A stretch of DNA of 47,957 nucleotides, from the NCBI GenBank assembly GCA_013205535.1, contig JABMMN010000008.1, positions 1 to 47,957 of the forward strand, given 5' to 3'. Source of the DNA: Candidatus Planktophila sp. Its GTDB lineage: Bacteria > Actinomycetota > Actinomycetes > Nanopelagicales > Nanopelagicaceae. A program made the position numbers and the translations under genes. Positions 18,450 to 27,014 of the stretch are shown here, one piece after another. A model generated the notes under the pieces. It was given only the letters and a program-made list of their open reading frames with translations, was not told where the DNA came from and ran no database searches. Every line of letters starts with the position of its first letter. The stretch's first letter is position 1.

Positions 18450-19115
18450 CTAAACAGAGACCGATGCGCGTTTTTTGGCGATGAGATCTTTGGCGATGCG
18501 CACGGCAGTCGATGCATCGGCGGCAAAGCCATCGGCGCCGACGACATCGGCATACTCCTGCGTAACGGGTGCCCCACCCACCATGATAAATACCTGATCG
18601 CGCAGGCCAGCCTTAGTAATCTCATGAATATTTACTTTAAACATTGGCATAGTCGTCGTTAAAAACGCCGACATTCCGACGATATCTGGCTTGTGTTCAA
18701 GGATTCCAGCGATGAATTTTTCAGGTGAAACCTGTACACCTAGATCAATGACGTCAAAGCCGGCGCCTTCCAGCATGATATTGACCAAATTCTTGCCAAT
18801 ATCGTGTACATCGCCTTTGACTGTACCCATTAAATATGTGCCAACTGTTTCAGCCCCGGTCTCAGCCAGAAGTGGGCGAAGCACGCTTAGAGCCCCCGAC
18901 ATCGCCTTACCTGAAACGAGCATCTCCGGTACGAAGAAATCTCCTCGCTCAAAGCGCGCACCAACCTCCTCTAGCGCGGGAATGAGTGCATCAAAAAGGA
19001 TAGTGCTGGGGGTCATTCCACCGGCAATCCCTTGATTGGTGAGCTCTAGAACTGCAGGAGCATTGCCAACTAAAGTTTCATCAAAGAGGGCTTTGATGAT
19101 TTCATCATGAGTCAT
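18450..19115 (-). CDS. Stand-alone corrinoid (B12-binding) protein, MtbC/MtgC-like
   Basis: Cap domain 'VGARFE.G.FFVPEML', 'GDVHDIGKN' (DxHxxG), 'SAFLTTT', 'MVGGAP'. Confidence 0.93.
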   Translation of the reverse strand: MTHDEIIKALFDETLVGNAPAVLELTNQGIAGGMTPSTILFDALIPALEEVGARFERGDFFVPEMLVSGKAMSGALSVLRPLLAETGAETVGTYLMGTVKGDVHDIGKNLVNIMLEGAGFDVIDLGVQVSPEKFIAGILEHKPDIVGMSAFLTTTMPMFKVNIHEITKAGLRDQVFIMVGGAPVTQEYADVVGADGFAADASTAVRIAKDLIAKKRASVSV

Positions 19116-19873
19116 GCTGCACCTATCTTTCCCTGCTTATTTATTTGGAGTGTGTGAATCTCGTCAATTATGACATCGCCAATCCTTGCTAAATCTCGTG
19201 CACTTAATCGCCTAGAAGGACCTGAGATTGAGATCGCCCCTACGACATGTCCATCATCTTCACGAACTGGTGCAGCTACTGCAACTAATCCATCTTCAAG
19301 CTCATCAGAGATGATGGCATATCCCTGTTTGCGCACACCTTCCAGCTCGGCCAATAAGCCAGAACGCGTGGTGATCGTCTTACTTGTGAGCCGCTCCAAC
19401 TTACCGGCTGGAATTGTTGCAACACCGTTTGCTAGAAGGACCTTGCCCAAGGCCGATGCATGGAAAGGGATCGCCTTGCCGACCCAGTTGGTCGCCCCTA
19501 AAAGATAATGAGAATCGACTTGATCGATTAATCTCATCTCACCATTGCCTGCAACGGCTAAGTTGGCAGTTTCACCTGTGCTTAGAGCCAGTTTTTCTAG
19601 AACTGGGCGCATTCGGGTAACTAATATCGAATCCTGGTTTTGTGAGCGTGCAAACTGAGTAAGAACATCTCCAGCGATGAAGGCTCCTGCGCTATCTCTG
19701 CGCACAAGACCGGCTCTCTCGAGTGCACTTAACATTCTGGAGGTCGTACTTTTTGGCAGCTCGTGATCACGCGCAATATCCGATAAAATTGGGGGAATCG
19801 GTGCCTCAAGGATGTGAATGAGCAGGGCATTAGCGCGATCAATTGCCTGAGTTCCGTTGACTAATTCGCTCAT
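19112..19873 (-). CDS. IclR family transcriptional regulator
   Basis: 'TQAIDRA', HTH 'LPKSTTSRML', 'GETANL', 'HASALGKVLLA', 'AVAAPV', 'AISISGP'. True start is ATG 19873 (RBS GAAAGGTG); the listed 20041 start overlaps the divergent gene. Confidence 0.92.
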   Translation of the reverse strand: MSELVNGTQAIDRANALLIHILEAPIPPILSDIARDHELPKSTTSRMLSALERAGLVRRDSAGAFIAGDVLTQFARSQNQDSILVTRMRPVLEKLALSTGETANLAVAGNGEMRLIDQVDSHYLLGATNWVGKAIPFHASALGKVLLANGVATIPAGKLERLTSKTITTRSGLLAELEGVRKQGYAIISDELEDGLVAVAAPVREDDGHVVGAISISGPSRRLSARDLARIGDVIIDEIHTLQINKQGKIGAA

Positions 19874-19900
19874 GTCTTCACCTTTCCTCAGCGAGGAGTA

Positions 19901-19936
19901 TTCCATCATATGGAACCAATGTTCCACTATATAGGG
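19901..19936. promoter_or_regulatory. IclR-type operator in the divergent promoter region
   Basis: Palindrome TTCCAT-CAT-ATGGAA (19901-19915) and a degenerate second copy TTCCACTATATAGGG (19922-19936), 21 bp apart. Confidence 0.65.
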
Positions 19937-19983
19937 GTATCCTCCTTTGTGTCGCCTGAACACTATGGGCAAAGGAGTCTGAC

Positions 19984-21420
19984 ATGTTTGAAAATAAGAT
20001 GCCGCGATACGAGATTTTAAGCCAGGAGTCGATGGCCACATTGACCCTGGGCTGGCGGCGCATCGTCTCGGAGATCGGTATCGAGTTCATGTCGCCGTGG
20101 GCGATCGATCTTTTGCGCGAGGCCGGACAGACGGTGGAGGGCGAAAATGTAAAGTTTGATCCCGACTGGGTACTCAAGCAGTGTGCACTTGCTCCAAGCG
20201 AATTCAATCTTCGCGCTCGCAACCCTTCAAACAACGTCCACATGGGTGGAAACTCAATGGTCTTTGGTGGCGTTTATGGCCCTCCATTTGTTCGTGAAGG
20301 TGATCTGCGCCGTGATGCAACATTTAAGGACTTTGAAAACTTTTGTAAGCTATCTCAATCATTTGAGGCCCTTGATAGCGTCGGTGGGGTCGTATGCGAA
20401 CCCAATGATTTATCTCTAGATTCACGTCACTTGGACATGGCATATGCCGCGGCCACCCTGACCGACAAGTTCTTTATGGGCAACGTTGTGACGGCAGAGA
20501 ACGCAAAAGATGTCATCACAATTGCTGAGATTATTCACGGTGGACGCAGCGCAATCGTCGATACCCCAGCTTTGATCTCACTTGTAAATTGCAACTCACC
20601 ACTGCGCTGGGATGATCGCATGTTGGATTCGATGCGCGAGTATGTCTTGGCCGGTCAGCCAGTCGTTGTCACCCCATTTTTGCTCATGGGTGCCATGAGT
20701 CCAGTGACGATTCCAGCCACATTAGCTCAGCAGATTGCCGAGGCATTAACTGGGATTGCACTTGCACAGACCCTGAACCCAGGATGCCCGATCGTCTTTG
20801 GCTCGTTTCTTTCAAATATAGATATGCAATCTGGCTCCCCTCAATTTGGCACACCAGAGTCTGGAATCGGGCTGCTATGCACTGGTCAAATCGCTCGCAG
20901 TTTCAACCTGCCATTTCGCGGCGGCGGCGGTTTGAACTCTTCACAGACCGTCGATGCACAATCTGCCTACCAAACGATGATGACGATGATGCCAACATTC
21001 CTCTCTGGCACCAACTGGGTCATGCATACTGCAGGCTGGCTTGAAGGTGGCCTCGTATCCTGTTACGAGAAGTTCGTTCTCGATATTGAGATACTGCAAT
21101 CACTCATGACCGAGTTCACCCCTCTTGAGTTCAACGTCGAATCATTGGCCTTTGATGCACATTTGGAGGTCGGCCATGGTGGCCACTTCTTGGGCGCGGC
21201 CCACACAATGGAGCGCTTTCGTGACTGCTTCTATCGACCTTTCTTGACCAATAGCGATAACTTCGAGCGCTGGACGCGTCTAGGTGGCAAAGATACGAAG
21301 GCCCGCGCAGCCGAGATCTATCTCAAGAAGTTAGAGAATTACGTTGCTCCAGAAATGGATTCACGCATGCGTCAAGAGCTCGATGAGTTTGTGGCGATGC
21401 GCAAAAGCCAACTAGATTAA
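19984..21420 (+). CDS. mttB: Trimethylamine-methyltransferase (MttB) superfamily, non-pyrrolysine; probable glycine betaine:corrinoid methyltransferase (MtgB-like)
   Basis: 'AP.EF.L.ARNP', 'NSPL.WD', 'GAMSPVT', 'GTPE', 'LPFRGGGGL...DAQ', 'H.AGWLEGGL..CYEK', 'GGHFLG..HT'. No in-frame UAG. Substrate inferred from neighbours. Confidence 0.88.
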   Translation: MFENKMPRYEILSQESMATLTLGWRRIVSEIGIEFMSPWAIDLLREAGQTVEGENVKFDPDWVLKQCALAPSEFNLRARNPSNNVHMGGNSMVFGGVYGPPFVREGDLRRDATFKDFENFCKLSQSFEALDSVGGVVCEPNDLSLDSRHLDMAYAAATLTDKFFMGNVVTAENAKDVITIAEIIHGGRSAIVDTPALISLVNCNSPLRWDDRMLDSMREYVLAGQPVVVTPFLLMGAMSPVTIPATLAQQIAEALTGIALAQTLNPGCPIVFGSFLSNIDMQSGSPQFGTPESGIGLLCTGQIARSFNLPFRGGGGLNSSQTVDAQSAYQTMMTMMPTFLSGTNWVMHTAGWLEGGLVSCYEKFVLDIEILQSLMTEFTPLEFNVESLAFDAHLEVGHGGHFLGAAHTMERFRDCFYRPFLTNSDNFERWTRLGGKDTKARAAEIYLKKLENYVAPEMDSRMRQELDEFVAMRKSQLD

Positions 21421-21427
21421 TTCCACT

Positions 21428-22903
21428 ATGGTCGCAACGCTCTACATCAACGGTCTCTGGCGAGAGGCATCAGATGGCGGATCTCACGATGTACAAAGTC
21501 CACACGATCAAAGCGTCGTCGCTACCGTCTCTCAGGCGAGCCAAACTGATGTCCTCGATGCTATCGCCGCTGCACGCGCATCCTTTGATAGTGGAGTATT
21601 TACCTCCTGGAGTTTCAAGGAGCGCAGTGAGTTAGTTGCAAAAATTGCAGATCTATTAGAGCGCGATGCCGATGTGATAGCCCGTAAAGAGAGTGATGAT
21701 ACGGGCAAGCGTTTTATCGAAGCGCAGTATGACGTGGCCGATGTCGTTGCAACCTTTAGGCACTTCGCATCCCTTGGCGCAAAAGAGCATGGGCGTAGTG
21801 TGGATGTCGGTATCGCACATGTTTCAAGCCGGATCGTTCATGAGCCCTTGGGTGTTGCCTCATTGATAGGTCCCTGGAACTACCCGCTACTGCAAATCGC
21901 CTGGAAGGTCGCACCAGCATTGGCCGCTGGCTGCTCCTTCATCATCAAACCAAGTGAGTTGACACCACAGAGTGCTATCGCCTTGACCAAGATCATCGAA
22001 GAGGCCGGCACTCCCAAAGGTGTCGCTAATTTGATCCTTGGTCCTGGCTCAGTTGTCGGGAGTTCACTCATCAGCGATCCCCGTGTTGATCTAGTCTCAT
22101 TTACCGGGGGATTAACAACGGGTCAGACCATCATGAAGGCAGCTGCCACCACCATCAAGAAGTTAGCACTTGAACTCGGTGGCAAGAATCCACACATCAT
22201 CTTTGCCGATGCCGACTTGGATGCTGCAATCGATAATGCAGTCACCGCGGCATTCTTACATTCAGGTCAAGTCTGCTCAGCCGGTACACGATTAATCGTT
22301 GAGCGCTCCGTGCATGATCGTGTTGTTACAGAGATTGTGCATCGTGCCGGAAAAATCAAACTCGGTGGTCCGAATGATGAATCGGCAGAGACTGGTCCAC
22401 TCATCAGCAAGTCACATTTGGCTAACGTCTCTACATATGTTGAAAAAGCAATCGCAGAGGGCGCCACATTATTGATCGGTGGAGAGCGCAGCGATAAAGC
22501 AGAGCACGCCAAGGGTTGGTATTTCCTGCCCACTGTCTTTGATAACTGCACGAGTGATATGTCATGTGTCCAAGATGAGTCCTTCGGTCCAATCATGACG
22601 GTAGAGATTTTTGACACCGAGGCGCAGGCGATTGCAATCGGCAATGACACGGTCTTTGGATTATCAGGTGGGCTCTGGAGCGGTGATAGTCAAAAGTGCG
22701 CTCGGGTTGCCAGCGCACTTCGCCACGGCACCATCTGGGTCAATGACTTTGGGCCTTACCGCCCGGCGGCAGAGTGGGGCGGATACAAGCAATCGGGGAT
22801 AGGCCGTGAATTGGGCGAGCATGGTCTGGGTGAGTACCTTGAAATCAAGCACATTTGGACCAACAATGCTCCTAGTCGATCTGGATGGTTCAAAGATCTC
22901 TAA
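21428..22903 (+). CDS. betB: Betaine-aldehyde dehydrogenase
   Basis: 'PWNYPL', 'KPSE', 'SFTGG', 'LELGGKNP', 'GQVCSAG', 'ESFGP', 'GGYKQSG.GRE'. Context with betA. Confidence 0.85.
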   Translation: MVATLYINGLWREASDGGSHDVQSPHDQSVVATVSQASQTDVLDAIAAARASFDSGVFTSWSFKERSELVAKIADLLERDADVIARKESDDTGKRFIEAQYDVADVVATFRHFASLGAKEHGRSVDVGIAHVSSRIVHEPLGVASLIGPWNYPLLQIAWKVAPALAAGCSFIIKPSELTPQSAIALTKIIEEAGTPKGVANLILGPGSVVGSSLISDPRVDLVSFTGGLTTGQTIMKAAATTIKKLALELGGKNPHIIFADADLDAAIDNAVTAAFLHSGQVCSAGTRLIVERSVHDRVVTEIVHRAGKIKLGGPNDESAETGPLISKSHLANVSTYVEKAIAEGATLLIGGERSDKAEHAKGWYFLPTVFDNCTSDMSCVQDESFGPIMTVEIFDTEAQAIAIGNDTVFGLSGGLWSGDSQKCARVASALRHGTIWVNDFGPYRPAAEWGGYKQSGIGRELGEHGLGEYLEIKHIWTNNAPSRSGWFKDL

Positions 22904-22920
22904 GTGAAGGGGTGAGCTCA

Positions 22921-23949
22921 GTGAGTACTGAAGCACCCATGATCACGGTAAGAAATCTGTGGAAGGTCTTTGGTACTAATCCAGAGAAAGTGATGGGCAG
23001 TGCCCTCGCCGATTTAACGAGATCAGAGCTGCGCGCCAAAACCGGCAACACGATCGCAGTTCGTGATGTCTCATTTGATGTCGCCCCCGGTGAAGTCTTC
23101 GTGGTCATGGGGCTCTCGGGCTCAGGCAAATCAACACTCGTACGTTGTATGACTCGCTTAATCGAACCTACTGCCGGAACTCTGACCTTTGAGGGCGAGG
23201 ATGTATTAAGCGTTGATGCCGCGCGTCTGCGTGAACTTCGTAAGACCCGTTTCTCAATGGTCTTTCAGCACTTTGGCTTACTTCCACACCGCAAGGTGAT
23301 CGATAACATCGCATACTCCCTTGAGATTAATGGAGTGAAAAAAGCCGAGCGCCATGCCCGCGCCAATGAGGTCATCGAACTCGTTGGTTTACAGGGATAT
23401 TCGCATGCATATCCTGAGCAGTTATCAGGTGGAATGCAACAGCGCGTCGGACTTGCCCGCGCATTGGCCGTTGACCCACAGGTTTTGTTTTTGGATGAGC
23501 CCTTTAGCGCACTTGACCCATTAATTCGAAGAGATATGCAGCAGGAGATCACTCGCCTACATCACGAACTCGGTAAAACGATGGTCTTTATTACACACGA
23601 TTTATCCGAGGCGGTAAAAGTTGGGGATCGCATCGCAATCATGCGCGATGGAGCGATAGTCCAGACAGGAACCCCAGAGGATCTGGTGGCAAATCCCATC
23701 GATGATTACGTCGCCAACTTTGTGCGCGATATCCCTAAATCACATGTGCTTACACTCAAGTATCTGGCTCGTAAATCTCACACAGGTGAGGCTCTGGATG
23801 GTCCAGAGCTGCCGGCAACCATGATTATCCGTGATGCTGCAGAGGTCATACTGCAGACTCATAAACCCGTGCGTGTGAGCGATAATGGAAAGGCTCTGGG
23901 CGTTGTCTCCAGTGAGGACGTACTGCGCTTGATTGCCGGAGTCACTTGA
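22921..23949 (+). CDS. proV: Glycine betaine/choline ABC transporter ATPase (ProV/OpuAA family)
   Basis: '[13 protein letters not shown]', '[16 protein letters not shown]', '[12 protein letters not shown]', 'FITHD'. Start approximate (GTG 22912 or 22921). Confidence 0.9.
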   Translation: MSTEAPMITVRNLWKVFGTNPEKVMGSALADLTRSELRAKTGNTIAVRDVSFDVAPGEVFVVMGLSGSGKSTLVRCMTRLIEPTAGTLTFEGEDVLSVDAARLRELRKTRFSMVFQHFGLLPHRKVIDNIAYSLEINGVKKAERHARANEVIELVGLQGYSHAYPEQLSGGMQQRVGLARALAVDPQVLFLDEPFSALDPLIRRDMQQEITRLHHELGKTMVFITHDLSEAVKVGDRIAIMRDGAIVQTGTPEDLVANPIDDYVANFVRDIPKSHVLTLKYLARKSHTGEALDGPELPATMIIRDAAEVILQTHKPVRVSDNGKALGVVSSEDVLRLIAGVT

Positions 23950-25877
23950 TGCCTGTTCGAAAATCCTATGTACTTTTAGGATCGGTTGTAGTCTGGATTT
24001 TTCTTGCTCGCATTCTCAATGGTAGGCACACCTTACAAATCGCTACATATGAGAATACTTTCTTTACATCCTTCGTTGGAGAGAGGGCGTTATCTATCCG
24101 TGGCAATCGCACGGAGAGCACAGCCTTCATTTACTTTTTCAATCCTATTCGTGGCGTGATTGATGGTTTCGTTCAGGCCATTAGAGATTTAATCGCTGTT
24201 CCAGCCCCAAATTCAGTGATACCGATCATTGGTTGGCTTGGTGTTATTGGAATCGTTGCCTTTGTAGTCTTTGCGACAAGCCAGTGGAGAACCGCCCTTT
24301 TATCTGTCTCTCTTCTCCTTGGTTGTGGAGTATTGGGTATGTGGCAGTTCACTATGGATTCAATTGCGCTCACTCTCGCAGCGGTCTTGCTTTCATTGGC
24401 CTTTGGTCTGCCTTTAGGTATCTGGGCAGGGTTATCTGATCGTGCATTAAGAGTTATGACTCCGTTTTTGGATTTAGCTCAGATTTTACCGACGCTTGTG
24501 TATATGGCCCCGATTGCACTCGTGTTTATGATTGGTGCGGCATCGGCAACGATTGCGACGATGATTTATGCGATTCCAATCTGTATACGCATCACCTCAC
24601 ACGCCATTAGAACTCTCAATCCTGCACCTGTGGAGGCATCCCTCTCGATGGGTTCGACCTCAAGCCAGACGTTGCGAAAAGTACAAATGCCCATGGCGAA
24701 GCAGATGATTGTCTTAGGGATAAATCAAACGGTAATGGCCGCTCTCTCCTTTGTCGTTATCGCAGCCCTTATTGGTGCGCCCGGACTTGGCAACCCGGTG
24801 ATCTCAGCGCTTATCATTCGAAATGTAGGTCAGGGCTTTGTGGCGGGAATTGCAGTGGTTTTCCTGGCAATTTTGATGGATCGCAGCACAAGCGCAGCGG
24901 CAAAGCGTCAAGAAACATTTATCCCCCCGAGCGCCCAGGATATAAAGCGAAAGCGCCTGACATTATTGATCACAGGAATCCTTGCGATTGTGACTGTCTT
25001 TATCTCTCGCACCGTTCTTTGGGCCGCTATCTGGCCTAAAGAGTTCATGGTTGCCCGACAAGTCCAGGAGATCACCAATGATGTAACGGCTTGGATATTA
25101 GAGAATCTCTTTATTTTCACTAATGGATTGAAAGACCTTATCTCGTACTCAATTCTTAACCCTCTTGAGACGATTCTCTCTCAATCTCCCTGGTATTTGA
25201 CGGTCTCAATGATTATTTGTTTAGCTGTAGTAATTGGTGGAGTGCGCACGGGAATCCTCGCGGGTGTCTTGGCCATGTGTATCGTCGTCTCAGGTCTCTG
25301 GTTTGAGTCTATGTTGACTCTGACCCAAACTATCGTCGGTACTTTACTTACAATGATCTTTGGAATGGCACTTGGAATCTGGGTAGGACGCAGTGATAGG
25401 GCAGCGCGCTCTTTGAGGCCCTTTCTCGATGCCGGTCAGACGCTTCCAGCCTTTGTATACCTGGTGCCGATTCTGGGACTGTTTGGTCCCACTAGGTTTA
25501 CTGCAATCCTTACGGGTGTCATCTATGCAACCCCTGTTGTGGTAAAACTTGTGAGCGAAGGAATTCGTTCAGTACCTACAACACTTATTGAGGCGGCAAC
25601 AGCGGCTGGATCAACGACTCGACAGATTATTATGAAGGTTCAATTACCGGCGGCAAAGAAAACAATTGTGTTAGCGACCAATCAGGGTCTGATCTATGTC
25701 CTGGCCGTGGTTGTGATTGGTGGTTTTGTTGGCGGAGGCGGGCTTGGCTATCTAGTCATCGTGGGAAATTCAAAGCCAGAGCTCCAAGGTAAGGGCCTCA
25801 TAGCCGGTGCCTGCATTCTGCTTCTAGGGGTAATTTTTGATCGGATCATGCAGGCCGGGGCCCGTCGCTCGAGTTAA
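23949..25877 (+). CDS. ABC transporter permease with two fused ProW/OpuAB domains
   Basis: Repeat 1 'LDLAQILPTLVY...EAS.SMG...KVQMP'; repeat 2 'LDAGQTLPAFVY...EAA.AAG...KVQLP'. About 640 aa. Confidence 0.88.
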   Translation: MPVRKSYVLLGSVVVWIFLARILNGRHTLQIATYENTFFTSFVGERALSIRGNRTESTAFIYFFNPIRGVIDGFVQAIRDLIAVPAPNSVIPIIGWLGVIGIVAFVVFATSQWRTALLSVSLLLGCGVLGMWQFTMDSIALTLAAVLLSLAFGLPLGIWAGLSDRALRVMTPFLDLAQILPTLVYMAPIALVFMIGAASATIATMIYAIPICIRITSHAIRTLNPAPVEASLSMGSTSSQTLRKVQMPMAKQMIVLGINQTVMAALSFVVIAALIGAPGLGNPVISALIIRNVGQGFVAGIAVVFLAILMDRSTSAAAKRQETFIPPSAQDIKRKRLTLLITGILAIVTVFISRTVLWAAIWPKEFMVARQVQEITNDVTAWILENLFIFTNGLKDLISYSILNPLETILSQSPWYLTVSMIICLAVVIGGVRTGILAGVLAMCIVVSGLWFESMLTLTQTIVGTLLTMIFGMALGIWVGRSDRAARSLRPFLDAGQTLPAFVYLVPILGLFGPTRFTAILTGVIYATPVVVKLVSEGIRSVPTTLIEAATAAGSTTRQIIMKVQLPAAKKTIVLATNQGLIYVLAVVVIGGFVGGGGLGYLVIVGNSKPELQGKGLIAGACILLLGVIFDRIMQAGARRSS

Positions 25878-25971
25878 ACCAAAGAAAGGCTCGCTTTTAA
25901 GCCTGCACCACCTACCTTTAACCCGATTTACACCCTAGGCTAAGTCAAAATTCAAACTCTGAGGAGGGTTC

Positions 25972-26934
25972 ATGAAGTCATTATTTAGGCCTCGCTCCGC
26001 AGTACTTAGTGCTGTTATCGCAGCTGCCTTGGTCGTTTCAGGGTGTAGCAGCAGCGTTAATGACTCTGCAGGCGAGGCATCAGGAGACTGCGGATCATGG
26101 GCAATTGCCATGCACGCATGGAATGGTTACACAGCATCGGCACAGGTAGTCGCCGAGATTGCTAAAAAGGAGTTAGGTTGCTCGATCACTCAGACCACAT
26201 TGGATGAAGGTCCGACTACTTATGATGCAATGGAGGCCGGAACAATCGATTTGATTATCGAAGATTGGGGCGGTGGACGTTGGCAAGAGTGGAGTGATAG
26301 AGGCGCAGTCATTGATCTTGGAGATGGTGGAAACGTTGGCCTCATCGGTGTCTATGTTGCACCGTGGATGGCTGAAAAATATCCAGATATCGTCGACTCC
26401 AAGAATCTTGGAAAGTATGCCGATCTCTTCAAGAATGCAGATTCAGGTGGCAAGGGCGCTTGGTATGAAGGTCCTCCGGGCTACACAACAATCGGTGAAA
26501 AGATGGTCTCTGCTAACAAGTTGAACTTCAAGGTCATCTTTGCAGGATCAGAGGCAGCTCTCATCGATGGTTTCACAAAGGCTGAGGCTAATAAGACTGC
26601 ATTCATTGGTTATGCATGGCAGCCCTGGACTCTTCACGCAAAGCTACCCAATCTTGAAAAGGGACATGTGAAGTTCCCTGCTAATGATTGGGTCGATGCA
26701 GCCACGGCCAGTGGTCTCACAGATTACCCATCAACACCACTCAAGAAGTTAGTATCCAAGAAGTTAAATGACAGTAACGGAGCATTTATGACTTTGATCA
26801 AGAACTTCAAGTGGACCAATGATGATCAGAACCTCGTTGCTCTTGATATCGAAGATGGAGCAACACCAGAGGCAGCGGCCCAGAAGTGGATCGATGCTCA
26901 CGCCGATATCGTGAAAAAGTGGCTCGGTAAGTAA
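25972..26934 (+). CDS. Glycine betaine-type ABC substrate-binding lipoprotein (ProX/OpuAC family)
   Basis: Lipobox 'VSGC', aromatic residues 'AWNGY', 'EDW', 'YAWQPW', C-terminal 'AAQKWI'. Strong RBS GAGGAGG. Confidence 0.85.
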   Translation: MKSLFRPRSAVLSAVIAAALVVSGCSSSVNDSAGEASGDCGSWAIAMHAWNGYTASAQVVAEIAKKELGCSITQTTLDEGPTTYDAMEAGTIDLIIEDWGGGRWQEWSDRGAVIDLGDGGNVGLIGVYVAPWMAEKYPDIVDSKNLGKYADLFKNADSGGKGAWYEGPPGYTTIGEKMVSANKLNFKVIFAGSEAALIDGFTKAEANKTAFIGYAWQPWTLHAKLPNLEKGHVKFPANDWVDAATASGLTDYPSTPLKKLVSKKLNDSNGAFMTLIKNFKWTNDDQNLVALDIEDGATPEAAAQKWIDAHADIVKKWLGK

Positions 26935-26948
26935 TTAGTTAACGATCG

Positions 26949-26999
26949 AATAACGCCCTTACTCGGTGAGAAATCACTGGGTAGGGGCGTTATTTATTT
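26949..26999 (+). terminator. 21-bp hairpin with GAAA tetraloop and T-rich tail
   Basis: AATAACGCCCTTACTCGGTGA-GAAA-TCACTGGGTAGGGGCGTTATT (26949-26994) pairs fully, with three G-U pairs, and is followed by TATTT. Confidence 0.8.
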
Positions 27000-27014
27000 A
27001 GTAGTATCTCGGGC

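Noticed and set aside
12105-19115. Wood-Ljungdahl (acetogenic) pathway
   Set aside because: Fhs, MetF/MetV-like, AcsE-like and RACo genes are present, but there is no CODH/ACS or CoFeSP gene in the window; the betaine context explains them better.
19874-19983. Cobalamin or SAM riboswitch ahead of the B12/methionine genes
   Set aside because: The intergenic regions are short and I could not find a B12-box or SAM core by eye; an Infernal/Rfam scan would be decisive.
19874-20041. Long N-terminal extension of the IclR ORF
   Set aside because: It overlaps the operator and the mttB start; homology and the RBS point to ATG 19873.
19984-21420. Pyrrolysine recoding in the MttB-family gene
   Set aside because: The ORF is uninterrupted, with no TAG in frame and no pyl genes in the window.
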